Of a stretch of 64,000 nt of DNA, positions 1 through 11,483 are shown one piece after another. The DNA is from an uncultured delta proteobacterium (GTDB taxonomy: Bacteria; Desulfobacterota; Syntrophia; Syntrophales; UBA2185): NCBI GenBank assembly GCA_963729715.1, contig CAVSPA010000010.1, positions 160,001 through 224,000 of the forward strand, given 5' to 3'. Position numbers and translations under genes: made by a program. Each line of letters begins with the position of its first letter. Position 1 is the first letter of the stretch. Below the pieces are notes generated by a model. It was not told where the DNA came from and did no database searches. It saw only the letters and a list, made by a program, of their open reading frames with translations.

Positions 1-2
1 CG

Positions 3-788
3 ACCGCTTTCGGTGATGAGAAAGACAGGGTGGTCATAAGAAAGAGCGGAGAGCCCACCTACTTTGCCGCCGACATAGCCTATCATCAGAATAAATACCA
101 GCGCGGCTTCGATAAACTTATCGATGTCTGGGGGGCTGATCATCATGGATATATCCCCAGGATGGCTGCCTGTATCGAGGCGCTTGGCCACGAAAAGGAT
201 TCGCTGAAGATTGTTCTGGTGCAGCTTGTGAGCCTCTTGCGGGATGGGAAGCCGGTTCCCATGTCCACCCGTGCCGGTGAGTTCGTGACCTTGAAGGAAG
301 TCGTCGACGAAGTGGGAAAAGATGCAGCAAGGTATAATTTCCTGATGAGACGCTCGGACAGCCATCTGGATTTCGATCTCGAACTGGCAAAGAGGCAATC
401 GAGTGAGAATCCCGTCTACTACGTGCAGTATGCTCATGCGAGAATCTGCAGCATCATGAGAAATGCCGATGAGCGGGGATACAAGATGCCGGCGTATGAT
501 GAAGTGGATCTGAGCTACCTGACTCTACCAGAGGAGATTAACTTGATTAAGGCAATTACCCGGCTTCCCGAGGTGGTTGAAGGCGCTGCGTTGTCCCTCG
601 AGCCGCACCGCTTGACGTTTTACCTTAATGATCTTGCCGCCCTCTTCCATAGCTATTATAACAAGCACAAGGTCCTTTCTGATGAAGAAGGCCTCAGCAG
701 GGCAAGGCTTTTCCTGACAAAATCAATTCTGACCGTGCTCGGCAATGCCTTAAGGATACTGGGAGTTTCAGCACCGGAAAGAATGTGA
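3..788 (+). CDS. argS: Arginine--tRNA ligase, C-terminal part (5' truncated by window)
   Basis: [17 protein letters not shown] and [11 protein letters not shown] motifs; ends SAPERM. Confidence 0.97.
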   Translation, partial: TAFGDEKDRVVIRKSGEPTYFAADIAYHQNKYQRGFDKLIDVWGADHHGYIPRMAACIEALGHEKDSLKIVLVQLVSLLRDGKPVPMSTRAGEFVTLKEVVDEVGKDAARYNFLMRRSDSHLDFDLELAKRQSSENPVYYVQYAHARICSIMRNADERGYKMPAYDEVDLSYLTLPEEINLIKAITRLPEVVEGAALSLEPHRLTFYLNDLAALFHSYYNKHKVLSDEEGLSRARLFLTKSILTVLGNALRILGVSAPERM

Positions 789-806
789 AGACAACAGAAG
801 AGCGAA

Positions 807-1436
807 ATGACATCCAAGAATGTTCGTGTATTTGAACTGAAACTAGGTAAACGGGCGTTGATTCTATTTATCGCGGGAATGTCCTGTTTGCTTTTTATTG
901 TCTTTCTGTTCGGCGTGACGGTTGGTAAGAATATTGATACCTACCCGGAAAAATATTCACACGGTTTTCGGGGCATGATGATGGAAAAGCTTGGCTGGTC
1001 GTCGAACAGGGCGGAGACTGCGGTATCCGCGGGCGAAACACCGACAGAAACTGCCAAGGCGGGCGTGGAAGAAATTGTTCCTGAAGAAAAGAAGGCGCCT
1101 GTAGCAGTGGCTGCGGCCCCTGAAGAAAAGCAGCCTTCAGTTCCTGCCGTTGCGCAAACGGAAATCAAGCCGCCTGCCGAGCAGGAGAAATATCAGATAC
1201 AGGTTGGCTCTTTCAAGGAAAAGGAAAAAGCGGACCAGTTATGCAAAAAACTTACGGGCCTAGGATTCTCCCCCAGGGTAGCAGAAATGCAGGTGCCGGA
1301 AAAGGGAAAATGGATGCGCATAACCCTGGAAGGTTTTGAAAGTCGGGAGGACGCGCAGAAAGCGGCGGAGCGTGTGGCAAGAAGAATAAAGGGACTCAAC
1401 TGTGTCGTTCTTAGGATGGGAGCAAAGAATAACTAA
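807..1436 (+). CDS. SPOR-domain membrane protein (FtsN-like)
   Basis: N-terminal TM helix, low-complexity linker, C-terminal YQIQVGSF SPOR motif; typical position after argS. Confidence 0.88.
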   Translation: MTSKNVRVFELKLGKRALILFIAGMSCLLFIVFLFGVTVGKNIDTYPEKYSHGFRGMMMEKLGWSSNRAETAVSAGETPTETAKAGVEEIVPEEKKAPVAVAAAPEEKQPSVPAVAQTEIKPPAEQEKYQIQVGSFKEKEKADQLCKKLTGLGFSPRVAEMQVPEKGKWMRITLEGFESREDAQKAAERVARRIKGLNCVVLRMGAKNN

Positions 1437-1461
1437 AATCGAGAGATTTTGCCGGTGAGTA

Positions 1462-2799
1462 ATGTTTGAGACGCTGACGGAAAAATTGGAAGACGTATTT
1501 AAGAAACTCAAGCGGAGAGGCCGCCTCGATGAAGATAACATTGTCTCCGCCTTGAGAGAGATACGCATGGCCCTTCTCGAGGCGGACGTCAATTTTAAAG
1601 TGGTCAAAGACTTTATAGATGACGCCAGGTCGAGGGCTGTCGGGCAAGAGGTTCTGGACAGCATTACACCGGGCCAGCAGGTCGTGAAGATTGTCCATGA
1701 GCGACTCGTAGAGCTACTGGGAGGGAAAAGCACTCAACTGAAATTATCCGGCCGCTTTCCTGCTCCGGTTATCATGGTCGGTCTTCAGGGATGCGGTAAA
1801 ACTACGACAGCAGTCAAGCTTGCAAAGCATCTTGTCAATCAGGGCAAGAGGGTATATCTCGTTTCGTCGGACGTATACAGGCCAGCAGCCATAGAGCAGT
1901 TGCGGGTCTTGGGCGAGAAGATTGACGGTGTAGGGATTTACGCCTCCGCAGATATTCATGATCCGATGAGGATGTGCGTGCAGGCCGTCGATAAGGCAAG
2001 GAGCAATGGCTATGAGGTGATAATCATAGATACGGCCGGTCGGCTTCATATAGACAATGAAATGATGGATGAACTCAAAAGGATAAAGGATGCAGTTAAT
2101 CCCGCGGAGATTCTCCTTGTCGCAGATGCCATGACAGGCCAGGATGCCGTGAATGTGGCGGGAAAATTTAATGAGCTTCTCGGCATTGATGGCGTGATTA
2201 TGACCAAGATGGACGGAGATGCGCGGGGCGGTGCAGCGCTCTCCCTCCAGGCAGTGATCGGCAAGCCCATAAAGTTCATCGGTGTCGGTGAAAAAATCGA
2301 TGCTTTAGAGGTCTGTCATCCCGAGCGCCTCGCTTCACGGATCTTAGGCATGGGTGATATCCTGACCTTCGTCGAAAAGGCACAGGCTACTGTCGATGAA
2401 AAACAGGCGCGAGAGCTCGAGAAAAAGATAAGAAAGAATGAGTTCACCCTTGAAGATTTCCGTGACCAATTGAAACAGATCAAGTCGATGGGCTCTATCG
2501 GCGACATTGTGGGGATGATTCCCGGATTGGGGAAGCTTAAAGCCCTGGCGCATGCAACACCTGATGAGAAGGAAATGATAAGAACAATGGCGATAATCGA
2601 TTCCATGACAAGGAAGGAACGTTCGAATTATCTCTTAGTCGACGGCGAGAGGAGAAAAAGGATAGCGAGGGGAAGTGGAACTACGGTCCAGGACGTCAAT
2701 AGGCTGCTGAAAAATTACGGTGAGATGAGGAAGATCATGAAAAAGTTAACGTCAAAGGACGGAATGAAATCGTTTCGCAGGGGCAATTTACCCTTTTAA
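1462..2799 (+). CDS. ffh: Signal recognition particle protein Ffh
   Basis: [33 protein letters not shown]; Met-rich C-terminus. Confidence 0.98.
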   Translation: MFETLTEKLEDVFKKLKRRGRLDEDNIVSALREIRMALLEADVNFKVVKDFIDDARSRAVGQEVLDSITPGQQVVKIVHERLVELLGGKSTQLKLSGRFPAPVIMVGLQGCGKTTTAVKLAKHLVNQGKRVYLVSSDVYRPAAIEQLRVLGEKIDGVGIYASADIHDPMRMCVQAVDKARSNGYEVIIIDTAGRLHIDNEMMDELKRIKDAVNPAEILLVADAMTGQDAVNVAGKFNELLGIDGVIMTKMDGDARGGAALSLQAVIGKPIKFIGVGEKIDALEVCHPERLASRILGMGDILTFVEKAQATVDEKQARELEKKIRKNEFTLEDFRDQLKQIKSMGSIGDIVGMIPGLGKLKALAHATPDEKEMIRTMAIIDSMTRKERSNYLLVDGERRKRIARGSGTTVQDVNRLLKNYGEMRKIMKKLTSKDGMKSFRRGNLPF

Positions 2800-2896
2800 T
2801 TAAATAAAAAATGAATTATAAGTAAAATTCTTCCTTTATAAAGAAACGCATGTATAACGAATTACAATAATTTTCAGGAGGTGATAGATAACAGGG

Positions 2897-3142
2897 ATGG
2901 CAGTTAAGATAAGGTTGGCGCGGCTTGGTGGGAAAGGCAGGCCCTATTATAGGATTGTGGTAGCCGATTCTGAATCTCCGAGGGATGGCAAATTTCTGGA
3001 GATTCTTGGAAGCTATAATCCTCAAAAAGATCCGGCGGAGGTCGTCCTGAAAAAGGAACGTGTTGTCGAATGGCTTTCAAAAGGAGCCATACCAACTTTG
3101 ACGGTTTCCCAGTTGTTTGCAAAGAAGGGGATCACGAAGTGA
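2897..3142 (+). CDS. rpsP: 30S ribosomal protein S16
   Basis: MAVKIRLAR...[14 protein letters not shown]. Confidence 0.98.
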   Translation: MAVKIRLARLGGKGRPYYRIVVADSESPRDGKFLEILGSYNPQKDPAEVVLKKERVVEWLSKGAIPTLTVSQLFAKKGITK

Positions 3143-3254
3143 ACATAGTTGAAACAAATGGGGCCATGTCTTGAATCTCGAAATTGAATGGTTTTTCGGT
3201 TGAGGTCTATTGCAAATGAATTTATCGCGTAAGTAATCCGTGGAGGTTGTGACG

Positions 3255-3485
3255 ATGAAAGAGTTGATCAAGTACATAGCTCAGTCTTTGGTGGATAATC
3301 CGGATTCCGTAGAAGTATCCGAGGTGCTTGGTGAGCAGACTTCTGTGATCGAACTTAGAGTTGCGAAGGAAGACCTTGGTAAAGTTATCGGCAAACAGGG
3401 AAGAACCGCAAAAGCCATGAGAACGATTTTAAGTGCGGCATCGACGAAGCTTCGCAAGAGGGCAGTCTTAGAAATTATTGAATGA
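3255..3485 (+). CDS. khpA: KH-domain RNA-binding protein KhpA
   Basis: [13 protein letters not shown] motif; ATG at 3255 follows GGAGG; between rpsP and rimM. Confidence 0.93.
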   Translation: MKELIKYIAQSLVDNPDSVEVSEVLGEQTSVIELRVAKEDLGKVIGKQGRTAKAMRTILSAASTKLRKRAVLEIIE

Positions 3486-3991
3486 ACGAGACTCAGTTCT
3501 TTGAAATTGGCAAGATTGTTAAGTCCTGCGGTCTTAAGGGCCGTATGAAAGCGGCGTCGTACCTTGAGTCAAATGACAAACTGCGAAATCTTGACGAACT
3601 ATATATAGGTTGCAGTAATGATATGAAGGGGCCCTTCAAAGTGAAGTGTGTCCAGAGCAGGGGAAAGATTCTTTTTCTTGAAATAGACGGCGTCGGAGAT
3701 CTCGAGAGTGCGAATGCATTTGTCGGCTGCTCGATACTGATTCCTGCGGACAAACTGGAAGAATTGCCCGAAGGCGAATATTACTGGCGGGACATGATAG
3801 GCCTTACCGTAGTTACGGAGGAGGGTTGCTTTTTAGGCGTAATTGAGGCTGTTTTCCCGACGGGAAGTAATGACGTATACGTATGCAGCGGCGGAGATAG
3901 GGAGGTTTTGCTGCCAGGTATTGCCGATGTGATACGAAAAATCGATATCGATCGGGGGACGATGGTTGTAAGACTGCTGGAAGGTTTATAG
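3482..3991 (+). CDS. rimM: Ribosome maturation factor RimM
   Basis: [21 protein letters not shown]; synteny. Confidence 0.95.
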   Translation: MNETQFFEIGKIVKSCGLKGRMKAASYLESNDKLRNLDELYIGCSNDMKGPFKVKCVQSRGKILFLEIDGVGDLESANAFVGCSILIPADKLEELPEGEYYWRDMIGLTVVTEEGCFLGVIEAVFPTGSNDVYVCSGGDREVLLPGIADVIRKIDIDRGTMVVRLLEGL

Positions 3992-3997
3992 AAGGCC

Positions 3998-4735
3998 ATG
4001 ATCAGGTTTGATATCCTATCCGTCTTCCCCGAGATGTTTGAATCCCCGCTTAATCACAGTATCTTGAAGAGAGCGCAGGAAAAGGGGATGATGGAAATCC
4101 ATCTCCACAACATCCGCGACTACGCCGAGGATAAGCATAGAATGACGGATGACGCCCCTTACGGAGGCGGCGGTGGCATGGTCATGAAGGTGGAGCCAAT
4201 AGACAAGGCTCTCGCGTCAATCGTTCCCTTGAGAGATGATGCCTTGGTAGTTCTCCTGACCCCCCAGGGAGAAACCTTCAACCAGAAATTAGTAGAGGAA
4301 ATGTCCCGCTATTCTCGCATTGTTCTCGTATGCGGCCACTACGAGGGTGTGGACGAAAGGGTAAGGGACCATCTGGTCGACAGGGAAATTTCGATAGGCG
4401 ATTTTATTTTGACGGGCGGGGAGCTTTCGGCTATGGTCATCATTGACGCCGTTGCCCGTCTGATCCCGGGTGTTCTGGGAAATAGTGAATCCGCATCGTA
4501 TGATTCGTTTTCTACTGGTTTGTTGGAGTATCCCCACTATACACGCCCCGGTAGTTACCGGGACTGGCAGGTTCCCGAGGTGCTACTGTCAGGTAATCAC
4601 CGGGAGATCGAGTCATGGCGGAGGAAGGAATCGCTGAAGAGGACATATTTGAGGCGGCCGGAGTTATTGGGAAGAATAGAACTATCTGAAGAGGATGGAA
4701 AAACACTCGAAGACATAAAAAAGAATTGTAAGTGA
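3998..4735 (+). CDS. trmD: tRNA (guanine-37-N1)-methyltransferase
   Basis: [33 protein letters not shown]. Confidence 0.98.
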   Translation: MIRFDILSVFPEMFESPLNHSILKRAQEKGMMEIHLHNIRDYAEDKHRMTDDAPYGGGGGMVMKVEPIDKALASIVPLRDDALVVLLTPQGETFNQKLVEEMSRYSRIVLVCGHYEGVDERVRDHLVDREISIGDFILTGGELSAMVIIDAVARLIPGVLGNSESASYDSFSTGLLEYPHYTRPGSYRDWQVPEVLLSGNHREIESWRRKESLKRTYLRRPELLGRIELSEEDGKTLEDIKKNCK

Positions 4736-4758
4736 CGTGATATGGAGGAGTTTGCGAT

Positions 4759-5103
4759 ATGAATGCGATGGAAATGCTTGAAAAAGAGCAAATGAGAGGG
4801 GACATTCCCGGTTTCAAGCCCGGCGATACCGTCAGGGTGTATGTGAGAATTGTGGAGGGACAGAAGCAAAGGATACAGGCCTTTGAAGGCGTTGTCATCC
4901 GTAGAAAAAGGGGCGATTGCCGGTCGAGCTTCACAGTGAGAAAGGTTTCCTACGGTGTCGGAGTTGAACGGACATTTCCCCTTCATTCACCGGTCATAGA
5001 TAGGATCGAGGTAGTCAATCGCGGCAAAGTGCGCCGCTCCCGGCTGTATTACTTACGCGGTCTGAGAGGGAAAAAAGCAAGAATCAAAGAAATGGGGAAA
5101 TAG
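4759..5103 (+). CDS. rplS: 50S ribosomal protein L19
   Basis: [28 protein letters not shown]. Confidence 0.98.
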   Translation: MNAMEMLEKEQMRGDIPGFKPGDTVRVYVRIVEGQKQRIQAFEGVVIRRKRGDCRSSFTVRKVSYGVGVERTFPLHSPVIDRIEVVNRGKVRRSRLYYLRGLRGKKARIKEMGK

Positions 5104-5233
5104 GTATTAAACAAAACCGTGTGTAGAGGAAGTTCCCCGTATCCTTAAATCTTCACATGGAGGGATGCGGGAAGGCCTCCCCTTCTTTAGTCATGCCCCT
5201 CAGAACCACGTTTGCAAGTTTCTTATCCCGACT

Positions 5234-5857
5234 ATGAACAGTTTCGAACGGCGAGCCCATCAACTTGGTTATAGATCGATAGCTGGCATTGATGAGGTGG
5301 GCAGAGGTCCCCTTGCGGGACCGGTTGTCGCCGCGGCTGTGATACTTCCCCCCGATTACAAGAACAGGGAAATTAAAGATTCGAAACAGCTTACAGCTAA
5401 GAAGAGAGACAGCCTTTCCGAAATCATAAGGCAAGACGCCCTCTCCATTGGCCTCGGTGTTGTCGAGGCCTCGATTATTGACGAAGTGAACATATTTCAG
5501 GCGACACTGGCGGCTATGAAGGAGGCCACATTGAATCTTTCCCTGACCCCTGACTATCTGCTTATTGACGGATCACATCGTATTTTTGTCTCTATACCCC
5601 AGGAGGCCATTGTCAAAGGCGACGCACGGAGCGTCTCCGTGGCGTCTGCCTCCATCATTGCCAAAGTCTCAAGAGACAGGATCATGGAGATCTATCATCG
5701 CCAGTTTCCCCAGTATAATTTTTCCAAGAATAAAGGTTATGCTACAGAGGAACATAGAGAAGCGATCAAGAAGCACGGACATTGCAAAATTCATCGAAGG
5801 TCTTTCGTAGTTAAAGACAGGACTCTCCTCCACATAAATTCCGAAATGGAGTTTTAA
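5234..5857 (+). CDS. rnhB: Ribonuclease HII
   Basis: GIDEVGRGPLAGPV, DSKQL, ASIIAKVSRD; start at 5234 chosen by family N-terminus (ORF open from 5165). Confidence 0.95.
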   Translation: MNSFERRAHQLGYRSIAGIDEVGRGPLAGPVVAAAVILPPDYKNREIKDSKQLTAKKRDSLSEIIRQDALSIGLGVVEASIIDEVNIFQATLAAMKEATLNLSLTPDYLLIDGSHRIFVSIPQEAIVKGDARSVSVASASIIAKVSRDRIMEIYHRQFPQYNFSKNKGYATEEHREAIKKHGHCKIHRRSFVVKDRTLLHINSEMEF

Positions 5858-5878
5858 AAAAACTTTGCAGCATCGGGA

Positions 5879-6256
5879 ATGATAATGAAGGTTTCTGATA
5901 GTATGCGAACCGGCAAGAAGGGAGAGGATATTGCTGTTGCCTATTTGAAGGGTAAAGGCTATCGGATCGTCGCACGAAATTACAAGTGCCCTTTGGGAGA
6001 GATTGACATAGTGGCAAAAGATGGGGATGCGATTGTCTTTGTGGAGGTCAAGAGCAGGAAATCGGAAGAGTTTGGCGATCCCCAGCTTGCCGTAGGATTG
6101 GAAAAGCAGAAGAAGATTTCAAAAATTTCCCTCACGTATTTAAAAGAGAAACATCTTTATCCCTGCAATGCGAGATTCGACGTCGTGCCGATCAATATCC
6201 TGTCTGACGGAAGCACCGTAGAGCTTATACAAAACGCCTTCGAGCTTGCCGTTTAA
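5879..6256 (+). CDS. yraN: YraN family (UPF0102) nuclease-like protein
   Basis: GEIDIVA...VFVEVKSR, RFDVV; follows rnhB. Confidence 0.92.
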   Translation: MIMKVSDSMRTGKKGEDIAVAYLKGKGYRIVARNYKCPLGEIDIVAKDGDAIVFVEVKSRKSEEFGDPQLAVGLEKQKKISKISLTYLKEKHLYPCNARFDVVPINILSDGSTVELIQNAFELAV

Positions 6257-6307
6257 TTACACCCGTATATTTTAATCGATCCATGCCTTGGGCTCTGAGA
6301 CTTGCTC

Positions 6308-7435
6308 TTAAAGGCAGGGGGCGACGAGGGCCTTTACATACCGTGCAATGGCGACACAGGACGTCAACCCGGGAGATTCAATACCGATGAGATTTATCAA
6401 TCCGGGATATCCTATATCGCGCTCATCCTTGATGATGAAGTCGTGGTAGGCCTCCCCGGGGCCCTGCAATTTCGGACGAATGCCACACATGTCCGGATGG
6501 AGATGTTCCGGTTTGATCCCGGGGAGGTAATTTACGATGGATTGATAGAATGATTCCCTTCTTCTTTCATCTATGCTGTATTCAATTTCATCTATGTACT
6601 GGCTGTCTGGGCCGAACTTGATACGGTTGCCGAGATCGAGAGTGGCATGAATGCCGAGGCTTTCCGTATTTTCCGGGGCCACGGGATAAACCAGATGATT
6701 CAGTCTTGGAGCAGGAGCGGCGGAAAAATAATTTCCCTTGCAGTACAGGAGACGGTATCCATGCTGTGCGATGTTAATGCCGGCCATGGCGGCGATACTG
6801 TCTGCATAGAGACCGGCGCTGTTGACTATGACCCTTGTGTGAAATCGGTATTCTCCCCCGTTTGTTTCTAATTCATAGATGCTGTCTTGGGCATGAATGG
6901 CTGTCACCTTCGAGCGGAGTGCGACCACGGCGCCGTTTCTTTCGGCGTTTATTAAGAAAGAGCGCATCAGGCCATGGCTATCGATAATTCCGGTGGACGG
7001 AGAATAGATGGCAGCCTTGGCGCTGACCTCCGGTTCGAGGGTCAAGGCCTGCTTCTTTCCCAGCAGGGTGAGATCGGATACGCCATTTCCCTCGGCATGC
7101 TTCTTTATGTTTTCGAGTCGTTCACATTCGGCGTCGTTGACAGCGACAATCAGTTTACCGATGCGCTTATGAGGAATGTTCCGTTTCCTGCATAGGTCAT
7201 AGAGGAGGCGGTTTCCCTCTGTACACAAGGAAGCCTTTCGAAAGCCATGGGGGTAGTAAATGCCGGCGTGTATGACCTCGCTGTTGCGACTGCTTGTTTC
7301 CTGGCCGACGCCGTCGTTTTTTTCGATAAGCAAAACCCGCTCATACTCTGCAGAAAGCTCTTCCGCAATGGACAAGCCCACTACTCCGGCGCCGATGACA
7401 GTGATATTGAAAGAGTCGATGGGGGTCATTGACAT
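6308..7435 (-). CDS. FAD-dependent oxidoreductase, L-2-hydroxyglutarate oxidase (LhgO)-like
   Basis: GAGVVG, ETSSRNSEVIHAGIYY, GIESPGLT; ATG at 7435 overlaps the ugd stop (TGATG). Confidence 0.85.
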   Translation of the reverse strand: MSMTPIDSFNITVIGAGVVGLSIAEELSAEYERVLLIEKNDGVGQETSSRNSEVIHAGIYYPHGFRKASLCTEGNRLLYDLCRKRNIPHKRIGKLIVAVNDAECERLENIKKHAEGNGVSDLTLLGKKQALTLEPEVSAKAAIYSPSTGIIDSHGLMRSFLINAERNGAVVALRSKVTAIHAQDSIYELETNGGEYRFHTRVIVNSAGLYADSIAAMAGINIAQHGYRLLYCKGNYFSAAPAPRLNHLVYPVAPENTESLGIHATLDLGNRIKFGPDSQYIDEIEYSIDERRRESFYQSIVNYLPGIKPEHLHPDMCGIRPKLQGPGEAYHDFIIKDERDIGYPGLINLIGIESPGLTSCVAIARYVKALVAPCL

Positions 7436-8812
7436 CAAGAATGGATTAATGCCGATTTGCCGGTGGGATAGACATTGAAGCCGATATCGAAACATCGCTT
7501 GTGGTCAATGATATTCCTCCCGTCAAAGATGGAGGCCGGCTTGGTCATGGTATCATATATTTTCTGAAAGTCGAGGTTCCGGTACACGTCCCACTCTGTC
7601 AGTATCGCGATAGCGTGGCATCCCTTGGCCGCCTTGTAGGGATCTGCTACGAAGCTTACCTTCCCGTCGACGCCTGAAAGGTCCGCTGTTGCGTTCTTCA
7701 GCGCTTTCGGGTCGGTGATGACGATCTCTGCCTTCTCCTCCAGCAGCCTTCTGGTGATAAAAAGGGCAGGGCTTTCTCTTGTGTCACCCGTGTTGGCTTT
7801 GAATGCAAAACCAAAAAGACAGATCTTCTTGTCGGCGAGGGTGTTGAACATGGCGGTCAGCATATTTAATATGAAGCGCTCCTGCTGATACTGGTTGATT
7901 CTGACAACACTCTCCCAGTAGGTGGCAACGTCATGGAGACCATAGTGCCGGCAGAGATAGACTAAATTAAGAATGTCCTTCTTGAAGCAGGAACCGCCGA
8001 ATCCGACACTGGCGCTGAGATACTTACCGCCGATCCGGCTGTCCATCCCGACGGCCTTTGATACTTCGGTGATATCTGCGTCCGTCTTTTCGCATAGTGC
8101 CGAGATGGCGTTTATGGATGATATTCTTTGTGCCAGAAACGCATTCGATACGATCTTGGAAAGTTCACTGCTCCAGATATTGGAAGTGATGATTTTTTCC
8201 CCGAGGCACCCAGTTGGCATAGATTTCCACAAGAGCCTCCCTCGCTGCTAAGCCACCTTTTGTATCCTGGCATCCTATGAGGATGCGATCAGGATTCTCG
8301 AGATCCCTTATGGCCGAACCCTCGGCCAGAAATTCGGGGTTGGAAAGAACATCGAAAGAAACAGAGTTCTTCGTGTAGTTCAGTATTTTTTCCATGGCCA
8401 GAGCGGTTTTTACGGGAAGGGTACTCTTCTCTATGACTATCTTTGACGATGCCGAATACTGGAGGATCTGCCTCGCCGTTTTTTCCCAGTACTGGAGATC
8501 TGCCGCCATGCCTGCACCCACTCCGAATGTCTTGGTCGGTGTATTTACACTGACGAAGATGATGTCGTTGTCCCTGATGCCGCCTTCGATATCGGTACTG
8601 AAAAAGAGGTTCTTGCCTCTCGCTGCCTTGACGATCTCACCAAGCCCCGGTTCATAGACGGGTAGATCATCGGAGTTCCATTCTGCAATACGGATCGGAT
8701 TAATGTCGACGACTGTGACTCTATACTGGGGACATTTGTATGCAATCATAGACATTGTCGGGCCGCCTACGTACCCGGCGCCGATACACAGGATATTCTT
8801 CTTGAATTTCAT
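7435..8812 (-). pseudogene. ugd: UDP-glucose 6-dehydrogenase split by a +1 frameshift near 8193-8202
   Basis: N-half (GAGYVGG, EKST, SNPEFLAEG) in ORF 8165-8812; C-half (SELSK, GFGGSCFKKD, AFKANTGDTRES) in ORF 7435-8232; removing one base from GGGGAAAAAA restores ...WVPREKIITSN... Confidence 0.88.
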
Positions 8813-8827
8813 GGGAGCCTCTAATCT

Positions 8828-9760
8828 TCAGATTAATTTGCGAAAATATTCAATTGTCCGCTCCAGGCCTTTCTCCAAATTCACATGCGGCTGCCAGCCC
8901 AGCATTTTACTGGCCAAGGAAATGTCGGGGTTGCGCTGCATGGGGTCATCCTCGGGCAGGGGCCTATGCACAATCTTCGAGCGGTTTCCCGTCATGCCTA
9001 TTACGGTCTTCGCCAAATCCATGATTCTGAATTCGTGGGGGTTCCCCAGGTTTACAGGACCGATGAAACCGTCGTCACTTTCCATCATCGCAATCAGACC
9101 GTCTACCATATCATCAACATAGCAGAACGATCTGGTCTGAGAACCATCGCCATATACCGTGATATCTTCGCCTTTCAATGCCTGTACGACGAAGTTGCTA
9201 ACTACGCGTCCATCGTTCAATGCCATACGTGGACCATAGGTATTAAATATTCTGGCAATCTTCACTTTAATATTGTTCTGGCGGTGGTAATCCATCATGA
9301 GACATTCCGCCGCCCTTTTCCCCTCGTCGTAGCAGCTTCTCGGTCCTATAGGGTTGACCCTTCCCCAGTATCCTTCCCTTTGGGGATGCATGTCGGGATC
9401 TCCGTATACCTCAGAGGTAGATGCCTGGAGAATCTTCGCATTGAGGCGCTTCGCCATGCCGAGGGCATTGATGGTCCCCATCACATTGGTCTTGATCGTC
9501 TTGATAGGGTTGTGCTGGTAGTGCACCGGCGAAGCCGGACAGGCGAGGTTATAGATATGATCCATCTCGAGGAAAATCGGGTTGATGATGTCGTGCCTGA
9601 TTAATTCAAAATGAGGGTTTGCAAGGAGATGGATTATATTCTCCCTGCTTCCGGTGAAAAAATTATCTAGGCACAGAATCTCATGGTCCTGCTCGATGAG
9701 TTTATCGCAGAGGTGAGAACCTAAGAATCCTGCACCGCCTGTAATCAGTATGCGCTTCAT
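8828..9760 (-). CDS. UDP-glucuronate decarboxylase (UDP-xylose synthase), SDR family
   Basis: [35 protein letters not shown]. Confidence 0.92.
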   Translation of the reverse strand: MKRILITGGAGFLGSHLCDKLIEQDHEILCLDNFFTGSRENIIHLLANPHFELIRHDIINPIFLEMDHIYNLACPASPVHYQHNPIKTIKTNVMGTINALGMAKRLNAKILQASTSEVYGDPDMHPQREGYWGRVNPIGPRSCYDEGKRAAECLMMDYHRQNNIKVKIARIFNTYGPRMALNDGRVVSNFVVQALKGEDITVYGDGSQTRSFCYVDDMVDGLIAMMESDDGFIGPVNLGNPHEFRIMDLAKTVIGMTGNRSKIVHRPLPEDDPMQRNPDISLASKMLGWQPHVNLEKGLERTIEYFRKLI

Positions 9761-9971
9761 GTCTGCTTATGCTGGGGATATTTCAATATCTCCGTTATGT
9801 TTGTTCAGAATCCGCTTTCTTCGGCTCTTCATAGCAGCCTGGAATTTTTGTTTTGATGGTTTTTTCTTGTCAGGTTTGGTATTAAACGAAAACCATCCCG
9901 ATATGTCAATAAGAAAACGTACTCGGGGCCATTTAAATTGTTCAATGTGTCTGATATAATCTTTCTTTCAT

Positions 9972-10820
9972 ATGGGCAATAATATCAAAAAAGGTGCGCT
10001 TTATATCGTGGCAACCCCTATTGGGAACCTCGAGGATATAACCCTCAGGGCCATACGTGTGCTCAAGGAGGTTGGGATTATAGCGGCCGAGGATACGAGA
10101 AGGACAAGAAAACTGCTGGGAGCTTATCAGATCAGCACGCCCATGAGCACTCTCTATGATCGCATCGAAGGCGCGAAGAGCAGTATTCTGATTTCTAAAA
10201 TGAATGAGGGTATCGATGTAGCGATAGTATCAGATGCCGGAACACCGGGCATATCCGATCCGGGGTATGTTCTTGTCAGCAAGGCTATTGCCGAGGGAAT
10301 TGAGATTATTCCCGTTCCCGGTGCGTCAGCACTTGTGGCGGCGCTCTCCATATCCGGTCTGCCCACGGACGCTTTTGCCTTTTATGGATTCCTGCCATCG
10401 CGATCCGGCAAGAGGAAACAGTTTTTAGCGACTGTCAGGGACGAAGCGAAGACCCTGGTATTCTATGAATCCCCCAAGAGGCTAATGGAGTCGTTTCGCG
10501 ATATCGGAGAAGTTCTCGGCGACCGGAATGTCGTCGTCTTGAGGGAAATGACGAAAGTCTTTGAAGAGGTCATACGGGGAACGGTACGTGAAGTGATCAA
10601 TCAGCTGCGGGGAAGGGCTGTTAAAGGTGAAGTGACGCTGGTTATAGGGAGGGCAGAAAATATCCCTTTTTCGTTTTCCGATGCTGAAATTCTGGCGAAA
10701 TATGTAGAGTTGAGGAAGAATTCCGATTCTTCCCGGAGGGACATTATCGAAAAACTCGCCAAAGAACTGGGAATCCCCAGAAGAAGGGTCTACGGGTTGG
10801 TGGCAAAGCATATTTGCTGA
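9972..10820 (+). CDS. rsmI: 16S rRNA (cytidine1402-2'-O)-methyltransferase
   Basis: VATPIGNLEDIT, AAEDTR, SDAGTPGISDPG, FYESP. Confidence 0.96.
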   Translation: MGNNIKKGALYIVATPIGNLEDITLRAIRVLKEVGIIAAEDTRRTRKLLGAYQISTPMSTLYDRIEGAKSSILISKMNEGIDVAIVSDAGTPGISDPGYVLVSKAIAEGIEIIPVPGASALVAALSISGLPTDAFAFYGFLPSRSGKRKQFLATVRDEAKTLVFYESPKRLMESFRDIGEVLGDRNVVVLREMTKVFEEVIRGTVREVINQLRGRAVKGEVTLVIGRAENIPFSFSDAEILAKYVELRKNSDSSRRDIIEKLAKELGIPRRRVYGLVAKHIC

Positions 10821-11069
10821 GGACGAAGACGGTCCTACTATTTCCTTGAACAGTTCCCGCAGGTATGATAACTCATTAACGTTCCGGCCCATATAGGGGC
10901 AGCATGATCTTTTTATAAAAAAGCCACGAACTGTGATAAGTGATGTGGGCTTCCTAAAAACTGCGAGCGATGAAGCGGTCACGTTGGAAGTGCTTACGGC
11001 CGCGCAGATCAGGGAATTTTTATACAAAGGTGCGAAGGTTCAAATGCCGCATGCAAAGTGGGAGTGCAT

Positions 11070-11483
11070 ATGGATGCGATATCCAAACATTTGGTTGGTG
11101 TGTTACGGGAGGGCAGCAAGGAAAACGTTCCGGATACGAGAACTGAGGATGTCCTTGTGGATGGCCGTCTATTAAAACCGGATGACAGGATCTACGACCT
11201 CGTTGACGTCGTTGATGAGAACGCCGGCGCTGAAACCAAACATGACCGAGAAATCATTGTCATCGATGGCCGGGTATACGAGAGAGTATCGAGACCGGGG
11301 AATGAAGTCCATGATGCAGTGGATGCTGTGGAAACGGGTTCCGGCGGATATTTTCATGATCCGGGCCTGAATGATGAAGTAATGAAAAAGGTCAGTGAAA
11401 TTGCTGAAAGGATTGCGAAGGAGATAGTTCCTCAGATTGCCGAGAGAGTTATCAGAGAAGAGATTAACAAGTTAAAGAGATGA
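11070..11483 (+). CDS. Hypothetical acidic protein with C-terminal amphipathic helix
   Basis: GGGAG RBS before ATG; stop overlaps next start (ATGA). Confidence 0.7.
   Translation: MDAISKHLVGVLREGSKENVPDTRTEDVLVDGRLLKPDDRIYDLVDVVDENAGAETKHDREIIVIDGRVYERVSRPGNEVHDAVDAVETGSGGYFHDPGLNDEVMKKVSEIAERIAKEIVPQIAERVIREEINKLKR

Noticed and set aside
8190..8205. G_GGA_AAA as a programmed -1 frameshift site in ugd
   Set aside because: The downstream half is in the +1 frame, so a -1 shift would not restore it
10812..10850. rsmI ends Cys-UGA (rplT at 18000 does too), suggesting possible Sec
   Set aside because: Both proteins are already full length and there is no meaningful coding continuation or SECIS
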